64,000 nucleotides of DNA from a virus. Its lineage: Duplodnaviria; Caudoviricetes. Shown here one piece after another: positions 1 through 7,930 of this stretch. The notes beneath the pieces were generated by a model. It did not search any database and had not been told where the DNA came from. It saw nothing but the letters and a program-made list of their open reading frames with translations. The stretch lies in the IMG/VR virus record IMGVR_UViG_3300024346_000003, one strand, 5' to 3'. The position numbers and the translations under genes were made by a program. Within the stretch, counting starts at the first letter, position 1; each line of letters begins with the position of its first letter.

Positions 1-625
1 CCTTAGCATTATTAATACCTATAGCGTTTACTATTTGTCTTAAAAAAGTTTGTCTACTTTCAGTATTACTTTCTTTATACTGATTTATAAGATTAACAAC
101 TTCTTGTTCTTTATCTCTAGATAATTTTGTTTTATAATCAGCAACATCTGATATACTCATGTAATAGTAACCATCAATTAATTCAGCACTATCTAAAATT
201 TCATTTGTTGACCTAACTCTTACATCAGCATATGAACCTCCAGCTTTTGATGGGTCCCAAATAGTAAAAGCTTCAATTGAACCGTCTGATGTTGGTCTAT
301 ATATACCACCATTTTTTAATTCTTCCTGTAGTCCAGCATTTATCCAAAGTTGCTCATCTGGTATCACTATATCTAAATCACCAATAGTACCACTTAATCC
401 AAATGCGTCTCTTAATTTGGGGTACAAATACAATCTAGCTGACCCACCAATGAAGTACGATTTATTATTGGGTACTATACCAAATTTTTTAAAAATTAAT
501 TCATCAGCTTTACTTAATAATGTGTTTAAACCACTAGTGTCAACTTCATTTACTAAATCCTCACTTACGTTTTTCCAAAATTCTTTTAAAAAAAATTCGT
601 TTATATAAATCTCACTTAATCTCAT
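1..625 (-). CDS. Nucleotidyltransferase-fold protein (partial, runs off window start)
   Basis: Not in ORF track; read manually from ATG at 625: MRLSEIYINEFFLKE...SYFIGGSARLYL...GDLDIVIPD (GGS plus DxD Pol-beta-like signature). Confidence 0.65.
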   Translation of the reverse strand, partial: MRLSEIYINEFFLKEFWKNVSEDLVNEVDTSGLNTLLSKADELIFKKFGIVPNNKSYFIGGSARLYLYPKLRDAFGLSGTIGDLDIVIPDEQLWINAGLQEELKNGGIYRPTSDGSIEAFTIWDPSKAGGSYADVRVRSTNEILDSAELIDGYYYMSISDVADYKTKLSRDKEQEVVNLINQYKESNTESRQTFLRQIVNAIGINNAK

Positions 626-932
626 ATTCTTTTAATCTATCAATTACTTCTTTATTGTATTGACATTCAATTGTCAATTTTTTAAATGATAGAAACATAC
701 TTAATGGTCTTGGTCCATTTAGAAATAAGAAATTATAAGCTGACCATTCACTAGTCACATAATAACTTTTTCTATTTTCCATTATATCCAATAAACACAT
801 TGGGTGTTTATTGACATATTTCCAATCATATTTGTAACAAAGTTTAGATAAATTTTTCATAAATAACCTAAACTCAATAATTCTAGTGATTAATGTTACT
901 AGAACAAACCCTAAAAGTGTAATTGCTATCAT
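612..932 (-). CDS. Hypothetical protein with N-terminal TM segment
   Basis: 106-aa ORF with hydrophobic N-terminus, same strand as neighbours. Confidence 0.7.
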   Translation of the reverse strand: MIAITLLGFVLVTLITRIIEFRLFMKNLSKLCYKYDWKYVNKHPMCLLDIMENRKSYYVTSEWSAYNFLFLNGPRPLSMFLSFKKLTIECQYNKEVIDRLKEYEIK

Positions 933-943
933 ATTATAAATAT

Positions 944-1090
944 TTAAACTTTATCAAATATAATAACTATTTTTGTACTATCCAAATTTATTTGATTATT
1001 TTTTTGATTATTTAAACCATAAGCATCACATGATGTTTTCTTTGTAGCACAAGATGCTAGTATTATTGCTAGTAATAGTAATTTTTTCAT
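944..1090 (-). CDS. Small putative lipoprotein (48 aa)
   Basis: Manual read MKKLLLLAIILASCATKK...; lipobox LASC; ATATTTAT motif upstream. Confidence 0.6.
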   Translation of the reverse strand: MKKLLLLAIILASCATKKTSCDAYGLNNQKNNQINLDSTKIVIIFDKV

Positions 1091-1110
1091 ATTAATAAAT
1101 ATATACTAAA

Positions 1111-1140
1111 AATAAAAATGGTCAACACCTTGCTGACCAT
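1111..1140 (-). terminator. Intrinsic terminator ending tRNA array 1
   Basis: ATGGTCA-GCAAGGTGT-TGACCAT hairpin followed by T-rich tract. Confidence 0.75.
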
Positions 1141-1144
1141 ATTG

Positions 1145-1228
1145 TACGGATAGTCGGACTCGAACCGACAATCATATTTCAGAACACGGGTCTAAGCCGT
1201 GCGGGTCTACCAATTCCCCCATATCCGC
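1145..1228 (-). tRNA. trnL: tRNA-Leu(TAG)
   Basis: GCGGATA/TATCCGT acceptor, CACGG-CTTAGAC-CCGTG anticodon arm, long variable arm, TTCGAGT T-loop. Confidence 0.93.
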
Positions 1229-1233
1229 ATTTA

Positions 1234-1334
1234 AGATTGAAGTAGGTCTCAAACCTACACAGTAGCCTTTGTTAGACCTCTAATGCTACCACCCCAGGTT
1301 ATCGAGGCATGTCTATCAATTCCATCATTCAATC
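1234..1334 (-). pseudogene. Degenerate class II tRNA-like element with extended variable arm
   Basis: GATTGAA/TTCAATC acceptor, Leu-like D-arm, T-arm GTAGG-TTTGAGA-CCTAC; anticodon arm imperfect. Confidence 0.55.
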
Positions 1335-1336
1335 TA

Positions 1337-1419
1337 TGGTAGTCCGAGAGGGACTCGAACCCTCACTCCGAAGAACTGCGGCTTAAACACAGCGTGTATA
1401 CCAATTTCACCATCGGACC
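1337..1419 (-). tRNA. trnL: tRNA-Leu(TAA), encoded CCA
   Basis: CTGTG-TTTAAGC-CGCAG anticodon arm; ends GGACTACCA. Confidence 0.95.
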
Positions 1420-1465
1420 ATTTTGCACTTCCTACCCATCCATATCGTATAGTGCTAACCGCTAG

Positions 1466-1539
1466 TACACCCTGTAGGATTCGAACCTACGACCCTTCGG
1501 ATGTAAACCGAATGCTCTAACCAACTGAGCTAAGGATGT
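1466..1539 (-). tRNA. trnV: tRNA-Val(TAC)
   Basis: TTCGG-TTTACAT-CCGAA anticodon arm; canonical D and T arms. Confidence 0.95.
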
Positions 1540-1550
1540 ATATGGTAGGT

Positions 1551-1880
1551 TTAACCTACCTTTATAAATGTTTCATTCTTTATGGCTTTACTAATCCATC
1601 TGTTAAGCTCGGAGCCTCTCATTTCACTGTAGAAAGTAGTTGTTCCAAGGTCTTCAGACAATGTTGTGACCACATCTGACTCCTTAACTTCTGCATCAAC
1701 TTCTAAAGTTGATACATGATATCTAACCTTTACATCAACTGTTGAAATTGGAAACTCGTATATATCACCAAACACTTCAATGTTGTAATACAAGTTACCA
1801 GCAATATAGTGACTAAACTTAGCCATTGCTTTTGACTTAAATAAGTCTTTTTTTATTTCAGTTTCATTAAACATAACCAT
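1551..1880 (-). CDS. Hypothetical phage protein within tRNA array 1
   Basis: 109-aa ORF, co-oriented. Confidence 0.75.
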   Translation of the reverse strand: MVMFNETEIKKDLFKSKAMAKFSHYIAGNLYYNIEVFGDIYEFPISTVDVKVRYHVSTLEVDAEVKESDVVTTLSEDLGTTTFYSEMRGSELNRWISKAIKNETFIKVG

Positions 1881-2025
1881 TTTTTTTTCTTCGTTTAAAG
1901 AGTAACTTTATAGTATTTAAACTAATCTTATTATTTTTATCAGCTCTAACATGTCTAAAATTTTCATATGACCCTTTATATGTTCCCGTTAATACTACTT
2001 TCCCCTCATTATCTTTTCTTTCCAT
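1867..2025 (-). CDS. Small basic hypothetical protein (52 aa)
   Basis: Manual read MERKDNEGKVVLTGTYKGSY...; fills the gap between tRNA-Cys and the next ORF. Confidence 0.45.
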   Translation of the reverse strand: MERKDNEGKVVLTGTYKGSYENFRHVRADKNNKISLNTIKLLFKRRKKNGYV

Positions 2026-2039
2026 AATCTATCTTTTTG

Positions 2040-2112
2040 AGCTGGGAGAGGGATTTGAACCCCCGTATGTGGATTTGCAATCCACTGCCTAAAGCCACTC
2101 GACCATCCCAGC
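2040..2112 (-). tRNA. trnC: tRNA-Cys(GCA)
   Basis: GTGGA-TTGCAAA-TCCAC anticodon arm; U73 discriminator. Confidence 0.95.
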
Positions 2113-2118
2113 ATTAAA

Positions 2119-2151
2119 CAAAAAACCCGAAGTGACTAATCGCTTCGGGTT
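2119..2151 (-). terminator. Attenuator terminator of tRNA array 1
   Basis: AACCCGAAG-CGATTAGTCA-CTTCGGGTT plus T-run, ending about 7 nt before tRNA-Cys. Confidence 0.85.
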
Positions 2152-2180
2152 GTGAATATTGTTTATTTATTATTAAACTA

Positions 2181-2255
2181 TCAACACAGCCCGAAACTGA
2201 CTACCACTAAAAGTAGACATAAGTTAAGTACCAAAATGTTGTTAATTGTTTTCAT
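2181..2255 (-). CDS. Leader peptide 1, MKTINNILVLNLCLLLVVVSFGLC
   Basis: 24-codon ORF between promoter and terminator; codons 8-19 are 11/12 Leu/Val/Cys; its 3' end is complementary to the terminator 5' arm. Confidence 0.8.
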   Translation of the reverse strand: MKTINNILVLNLCLLLVVVSFGLC

Positions 2256-2289
2256 CGTATTAATTTTTTAATCGTTTTAATTAAATATA

Positions 2290-2324
2290 TGCAAATATAC
2301 TAAAAGTTTTTTAATTTGTCAAGT
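2290..2324 (-). promoter_or_regulatory. Bacteroidota-type promoter of tRNA array 1
   Basis: TTG(ACA)-N20-TATATTTG; nearly identical to 23427-23461. Confidence 0.8.
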
Positions 2325-2366
2325 TTTTATGTAAAAATATTTTTTTTATTTACAATTTAACCAAAT

Positions 2367-2696
2367 TTGATTATAATTTACCCAATGGATAAGGTATATT
2401 TACTAGCAAATGAAGAATGGACACAATTTAAAATTGGTGTCACAAAAAACGTAACTAATAAACGAAAAAGTGATTTACAAACTGGTAATGGTTCTGAAAT
2501 AATTATAGTTAATACTTTTGAAACTAGATTTTCAAACAAAGTTGAGAAGTGGTTGCATAGAAAATACAATTCAAAGCGATTAGTTGGTGAATGGTTTGCG
2601 CTTAATGACAATGATATTACTAATTTCATATCTGATTGTCAAAAAGCGCATGATACATTCCAATGTTTAATCGATAGTGGGAATCCTTTTATATAA
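2367..2696 (+). CDS. T5orf172/GIY-YIG-superfamily endonuclease-like protein (likely start 2385)
   Basis: VYLL...FKIGVT...R.SDLQTGN...EKWLH...GEWF. Confidence 0.8.
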   Translation: MIIIYPMDKVYLLANEEWTQFKIGVTKNVTNKRKSDLQTGNGSEIIIVNTFETRFSNKVEKWLHRKYNSKRLVGEWFALNDNDITNFISDCQKAHDTFQCLIDSGNPFI

Positions 2697-3899
2697 GGTA
2701 GTACTATCTTCTAAATTATAGAATTCCCGTCTAATATGAATTAACAACCCATCTACTAATCTTGAATCAACCTTTTTAGGTAAATCTGAATTATCAAATA
2801 TACTATCCATTTCTTCAATAGCCTGGTCAGCCATTGCTATTAAATTTTCCAAATCAACTTCACCACGTCTAATTGCAAGTAACTCTTGAGCATCTTCTCT
2901 ACGAACATTAATACCTTCACCTCTACCAATCTCTTGGGCCATTCTAATAAGTCGAATACAATGCATCATATTCTTACCATCGATGCGTTGACCATGTTCT
3001 TGCGTTTCAACATAGCGAGTCTCATTACGGTTTTCCAACCATTCTTGATATTCTCTATAGTCTTTGCAGTGCATAGTGTAACCATCTTTGTTATAGATGA
3101 TATTACAAATAGGTGTTTCACCTTTTGGTATGCTTGAAAGACGTAGTTGGTTGGATTCAGCAGCGTTTGCACCTTCATCAGTTTTAACAAGACCTTTGTA
3201 ACCTAACGCATAAGGTTCGGAATAATACTTTTTACCTTCTTCTCTATCTTCTTCAGATAAGTTTTCAGAAAAACAAGCTTGAGCAACTTCATCATGATAA
3301 ACTGCATATACATCTCTAGCATTTGGGACATTTACAACGCCGCAAAATTTGTTCTCATACTTAATATATTCTTGACTATATTTAGGTTTATCCATGCACC
3401 ATATTTTCCATGGTATAGACTTTTCACCCTCAATAACGTATACGAAATCCAATACATCTTTACGAGTTACTTTGTCTTTCTCCCAGTTTTGTTTCTTATC
3501 AAGACCTTTCGCTTTCTTAATTTGTTGTCTAGCATAACCACCGAATGAATCCTTACAAATCTGTGTAATAAAGTCATCTTTATGTGCTAGTATATCATCA
3601 AACAATGGATGTTTAGATACAATGCAATCTTCAGGGCTATTAAGTAATTCTAAAACTGTTGGGTTATTGCTACCCATTAGTTCTAGGAAACGTCTAATTT
3701 CCCACCCAACGTAATCTTTATTTACGTTTATTTGTTCAACATACCCAGTACCTAAGATATAATCTTGTGGTAGTATATATACAAATTTTTTGTCTATATC
3801 AGATGTTGGTGTCTGCGTTCCATACGCTTGTGACCCAACTATTGTTTCAAATAGGATTAACCCATTTTCAACTAAAAATTCATGCGTTATTTGTTTCAT
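2667..3899 (-). CDS. Pol-beta-superfamily nucleotidyltransferase (RlaP/YcgL-like)
   Basis: IVGSQAYGTQTPTSDID motif; C-terminal KNMMHCIRL and LLAIRRGE. Confidence 0.85.
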   Translation of the reverse strand: MKQITHEFLVENGLILFETIVGSQAYGTQTPTSDIDKKFVYILPQDYILGTGYVEQINVNKDYVGWEIRRFLELMGSNNPTVLELLNSPEDCIVSKHPLFDDILAHKDDFITQICKDSFGGYARQQIKKAKGLDKKQNWEKDKVTRKDVLDFVYVIEGEKSIPWKIWCMDKPKYSQEYIKYENKFCGVVNVPNARDVYAVYHDEVAQACFSENLSEEDREEGKKYYSEPYALGYKGLVKTDEGANAAESNQLRLSSIPKGETPICNIIYNKDGYTMHCKDYREYQEWLENRNETRYVETQEHGQRIDGKNMMHCIRLIRMAQEIGRGEGINVRREDAQELLAIRRGEVDLENLIAMADQAIEEMDSIFDNSDLPKKVDSRLVDGLLIHIRREFYNLEDSTTLYKRIPTID

Positions 3900-3922
3900 A
3901 ATTCTTTTTTAAATTTAAATTA

Positions 3923-4285
3923 CTAATGAGTATTTGTTGAACGTACAATATTTTCATGTTCATCATCACCACCAAACCTTACTTCGATATAATCACAGTA
4001 ATTATCTTGCTCTGAATCCAACCACTTACAGAATTGTTCTCTGGCTATATCACCATTTTTAGAAGTGTCCCAACCCTCTTTACTACCATCTGGTGCAATA
4101 AAGAAAGAAGATTGTCCATTGGTTAAACCAGATATAATTTCACCAATTAATTTACTACCATGACGCTCAATAAGCTCACCGCTAAATTGCTCTTCAAATA
4201 TTTCAATAGCTTTATTTCGTGCCTCTAGTACTTTATCTTCTTGCCACCCAGTAACTATAATCGCATTATGTTTAATATACCCCAT
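3923..4285 (-). CDS. Hypothetical protein
   Basis: 120-aa ORF preceded by TATATTTG promoter near 4300. Confidence 0.75.
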   Translation of the reverse strand: MGYIKHNAIIVTGWQEDKVLEARNKAIEIFEEQFSGELIERHGSKLIGEIISGLTNGQSSFFIAPDGSKEGWDTSKNGDIAREQFCKWLDSEQDNYCDYIEVRFGGDDEHENIVRSTNTH

Positions 4286-4415
4286 TTTAATTTACTTTTT
4301 TACAAATATACTAATAATTCTTTAATATACCAAAAATTTTGCAAATATAATATAAAAAAAATCAAAATAAATAGTATTTAGTATTATTAAAAAATATTTA
4401 TAATAAAAGACTATT

Positions 4416-4676
4416 ATGGTGTGGTATAAAAAAGTTAGTAACTGGATAACGGGGTTATTTAAAGATGAAAAGGGTAGTCCTTCATCAAAAAGATTTATTG
4501 GTATTATATGTGGTTTATCTTTATGTGTTTCATTATTTATAAACCAATATACAGGTCATAAACCATCTGATGCCTTGGTTGATTCTGTTGCACTATTAGC
4601 ATTTGGTTGTTTAGGTTTATCTTCAGTCGATAAAATATGGGCTAAAAGAGATGGTAAAGTAGAAGAAAATAATTAA
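4416..4676 (+). CDS. Small two-TM membrane protein (holin-like)
   Basis: SSKRF followed by two hydrophobic helices and a charged C-terminus. Confidence 0.55.
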   Translation: MVWYKKVSNWITGLFKDEKGSPSSKRFIGIICGLSLCVSLFINQYTGHKPSDALVDSVALLAFGCLGLSSVDKIWAKRDGKVEENN

Positions 4677-5329
4677 TTATTTTTTTCAGAAGCATATTTA
4701 ACACCCATTATTGTCCCCACAATACTAAATGCGTTGGTTAATAATATACCAACGATATTACTCCATGTTGAGCCTACAATTGCTGTATCTCTATTTGTAA
4801 GTAAAGAAATAATAAAGACACCTGTGGTTATAATACCTACGCTGATAATAATCCATAGTGCAACTTTAACAATTGACCCTATCAATTCAAATTGTGACTT
4901 CTTCTGTAATAATTCTAAATCATTTTCAACTGAAGCTCTAGCATTTTCAGCTTCACGTCTAGCTATTTCAGATTCTTCTCTGGCATTTTCAGCTTCTATT
5001 TTTAAATGTTCAGCTTCAAATCTAGCTGATTCAGCTTCATTTTTAGCACATTCATTTTCTTTTAAACTATGAATTAATTCTTCTTGTATTCGAATATTCT
5101 CTTCCTTCCAGGTAATTAATTCATTATTTTGTTTTTGAATTTGTTTTGTGATTTCCAACCTTTTTTTTCGGGTTGTCATATCTTTGTCAACACAACTTTT
5201 GATATATTTTTCAAATAGTTCATCACCATCAGTATCAATAACTTTAAGAATATTACCCTCAAGTGAAATCTTTTTAGTTTTATGTAACTGAATTAATAAA
5301 TCTTTAGTCTTGTTGTCAACTTTAATCAT
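4673..5329 (-). CDS. Coiled-coil protein with two C-terminal TM helices
   Basis: Heptad E/A/K-rich middle and two hydrophobic segments; overlaps the receiver gene. Confidence 0.75.
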   Translation of the reverse strand: MIKVDNKTKDLLIQLHKTKKISLEGNILKVIDTDGDELFEKYIKSCVDKDMTTRKKRLEITKQIQKQNNELITWKEENIRIQEELIHSLKENECAKNEAESARFEAEHLKIEAENAREESEIARREAENARASVENDLELLQKKSQFELIGSIVKVALWIIISVGIITTGVFIISLLTNRDTAIVGSTWSNIVGILLTNAFSIVGTIMGVKYASEKNN

Positions 5330-5763
5330 TTATATACTTTAAATTTGTTCGTTCTATTCTTATAACCATCATAATCATTTCTAAATTCTTCCAATCTAGG
5401 TTCTATTTCATCAGATTTAATAATCCAGAATTGAGCACCAGCTTGTAACGCTTTTGATTGTTCTTCAGCTTCATCACTTGATGATATTATTCCTATTACA
5501 ACATGATTACCATATTCGAAGTTTATTTTTCTAACTAATTCAATACCATCAAATGATGAACCAATTATATTTAAATCTACAAATACGCATTCTGGTTTGT
5601 CATGGATATTATTAGTGTCAAACCATTCTTTAAATAGCTTTTCAGCTTCATCTGCACTAGTCAGACTTTCTAATGATAATGTGATATCTAATAAGCTGCA
5701 AGCATCTTCAAATACTAAATGGAATAAATCTTCATCGTCCACTAATAAAATTGAGTTAATCAT
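5326..5763 (-). CDS. Single-domain response regulator (CheY-like receiver)
   Basis: ILLVDD, VFVDLN phosphoacceptor, IISSS, IIKS. Confidence 0.9.
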   Translation of the reverse strand: MINSILLVDDEDLFHLVFEDACSLLDITLSLESLTSADEAEKLFKEWFDTNNIHDKPECVFVDLNIIGSSFDGIELVRKINFEYGNHVVIGIISSSDEAEEQSKALQAGAQFWIIKSDEIEPRLEEFRNDYDGYKNRTNKFKVYK

Positions 5764-5774
5764 AATTGTTTTTT

Positions 5775-7202
5775 TTATTTAATTTTTATTTTTGTCCCTT
5801 GTGACATTTTTTCTACTGTTATACTAAACCCATGTTCTTTAAGAATTGCTTTACAGATGTTTAAACCTAAACCTGTACCAGTTTCTTTTTGACCTTCTTT
5901 TCTTACATACGGTTTTGATAACTCATCAAATTCCTTTTGTGTAATACCTCTACCATTGTCCTCAACACAAATATAACCATCTTCTAAGTATATTTTAATA
6001 AATCTACTCGGACTGTCATTATATTTTAAACCATTTCTTATTAGGTTATCTATTGCTGTACAAAATAATGCTTCATTAACTTCAATTGTGGGTAAATTAT
6101 TATCCAGTAAAACTTGTGATTTATATGCTGTTGCTGATAAGTAATCTTGGAGTATGTCTTTGATATTGTATTCACCCTTATTTAAGGTTGAGTCTTTTTT
6201 AACTAGGTTTGTGAATTCATATACACCTTTATAAACTTTTTGTGTATGCTTTAGTCCCTCTTTAATCATTTTAAGTGGTGCCTCAATTTTAAGGTTATTA
6301 ATATCTTCTTGTGTTAATCTCCTTTCTAATGAAGAAAGACCTCTGGGCATATAAGTATTAATACCAGAATGCATATCATGTCTTAAAATTTTAGCAGCAT
6401 GTTCTAGATATGTGTTTTTCTTTTCAATTTCTTCAGATTGTAAAATTTTATCTGTAACATCAATGGCAATTTTCATAATTTTAACCACCTTTCCATTATC
6501 ATCTAGAATTGGGTTATATGTTGCTTGTAGCCAAATTATTTCACCACCATGTTTAATTCTAGAAAATCTAGATGATATAAATTCACCTCTACTAAGTTTA
6601 ACCCAAAATTCTTTATAATCCTCACTTTTTGAATACTCACTATCAACAAATATACTATGGTGTTTACCGATTAATTCTTCTTGGGAATAACCCATGATAT
6701 GACAAAAATTATCATTAGCTAATATTATATTACCAAATAAATCAAATTCAATAACCGCATTTGATTGGTTAATAGCATTAATTATATTTTTAATCTCTAA
6801 TTCATTTTTTTTAACTAATGTAACATCATGCCTAATTGAAATAAAACCCATTAATTTGCCATTAATATCAAATTCAGCTTTTATATAGGTATCAACATAG
6901 TAAAAATCACCGTTTTTAGTTTTATTTGTAACAACTGAGTTCCAGATACCCTTGTCAACTATAACAGTCTTATACATGTTTGACCAAAAATTTTTATTAT
7001 GAATCCCAGAATTAACGATATTATGGTTTTTACCCACAACTTCTTCTAATGACCACCCAGAAACTTCTTCGAATTTTTTATTAACATATGTGATGTTACC
7101 TTTAGCATCTGCTTTAGAAATTAAAACTGAACTATCAACAAATTGACTAAAGTCATATAATTCTTTATTTAAGTCATTAATTTTATCTAAAGGGTCTTGC
7201 AT
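5775..7202 (-). CDS. PAS-PAS sensor histidine kinase
   Basis: Two PAS/PAC repeats; RHD H-box, NLIRNGLKY N-box, EDNGRGI G1, GTGLGL G2. Confidence 0.92.
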   Translation of the reverse strand: MQDPLDKINDLNKELYDFSQFVDSSVLISKADAKGNITYVNKKFEEVSGWSLEEVVGKNHNIVNSGIHNKNFWSNMYKTVIVDKGIWNSVVTNKTKNGDFYYVDTYIKAEFDINGKLMGFISIRHDVTLVKKNELEIKNIINAINQSNAVIEFDLFGNIILANDNFCHIMGYSQEELIGKHHSIFVDSEYSKSEDYKEFWVKLSRGEFISSRFSRIKHGGEIIWLQATYNPILDDNGKVVKIMKIAIDVTDKILQSEEIEKKNTYLEHAAKILRHDMHSGINTYMPRGLSSLERRLTQEDINNLKIEAPLKMIKEGLKHTQKVYKGVYEFTNLVKKDSTLNKGEYNIKDILQDYLSATAYKSQVLLDNNLPTIEVNEALFCTAIDNLIRNGLKYNDSPSRFIKIYLEDGYICVEDNGRGITQKEFDELSKPYVRKEGQKETGTGLGLNICKAILKEHGFSITVEKMSQGTKIKIK

Positions 7203-7237
7203 TTAAAAAATGTGTTTAAAACTTATTTATAACAAAA

Positions 7238-7276
7238 AATGCGGACATCTATGTTTAATTATAAATAGTCCGCATT
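7238..7276 (-). terminator. Terminator hairpin with TATTTATA motif in its loop
   Basis: AATGCGGAC/GTCCGCATT 9-bp stem plus T-run; loop contains TATTTATA. Confidence 0.65.
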
Positions 7277-7303
7277 AATTCAAATGTTAATAAATTTTAA
7301 TAT

Positions 7304-7930
7304 TTATTTTATAAATCCATCTTTATATAAAGTATGTAAATAAATTGAGTGCTCTACGCACATTTCTTTAGCTTTCATAACGCCAATTTCAAAATCGTCT
7401 GTTGTATAATCAACAGCTCTACCAATCGACATGTGTAATCCAAAATAAGGTTTACCTAACCCCAATTCTGAACGTATCATTTGTAATTCTTCTCTATCCT
7501 CATGTGGAATATTAAACCACCAGTGATAATCACTATTTGGTTCAGAAGAATCAGTTTTTGGTGATAGGTCTATTATAACCTCAATTTTTTTACCATTCCA
7601 TTTAGTTTTTATTTCTTCCCATTTACCATTCATATCTGAAGCTCTATCATTTATGAATGTTATATGAGCACCTCTTAATGGTTTATGCAACTTTAAATTA
7701 TATCGCTTCTTAAGAAACCACATATAGTATTCGCAAACATCACCAGGTATAACAACCATAGCTACTTTCTTCCAAGAAGATTGTTTGCTGTGTTTTAAAG
7801 TCTTATCTTCTGGGTCAAAAACTATTTTACCAGTTAACTTAACAATATTAGTTTGCCAATTTGAATTTTGGTAAGAATTCTCTAAGGAATGCATTTTTTG
7901 GTCCACCGATTTTTTCAACCCATTTTTCAT
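7304..7930 (-). CDS. 2H phosphoesterase-fold protein (start may be downstream, e.g. 7894)
   Basis: Paired HxT/S motifs AHITFI and LHMSIG. Confidence 0.7.
   Translation of the reverse strand: MKNGLKKSVDQKMHSLENSYQNSNWQTNIVKLTGKIVFDPEDKTLKHSKQSSWKKVAMVVIPGDVCEYYMWFLKKRYNLKLHKPLRGAHITFINDRASDMNGKWEEIKTKWNGKKIEVIIDLSPKTDSSEPNSDYHWWFNIPHEDREELQMIRSELGLGKPYFGLHMSIGRAVDYTTDDFEIGVMKAKEMCVEHSIYLHTLYKDGFIK

Noticed and set aside
1234-1334. tRNA-Sec or suppressor tRNA
   Set aside because: No TCA or CTA anticodon, and the acceptor is 7 bp.
1541-1562. GGTAGGT/ACCTACC hairpin before tRNA-Val
   Set aside because: Short, no T-tract; at most a processing aid, not enough evidence to call.
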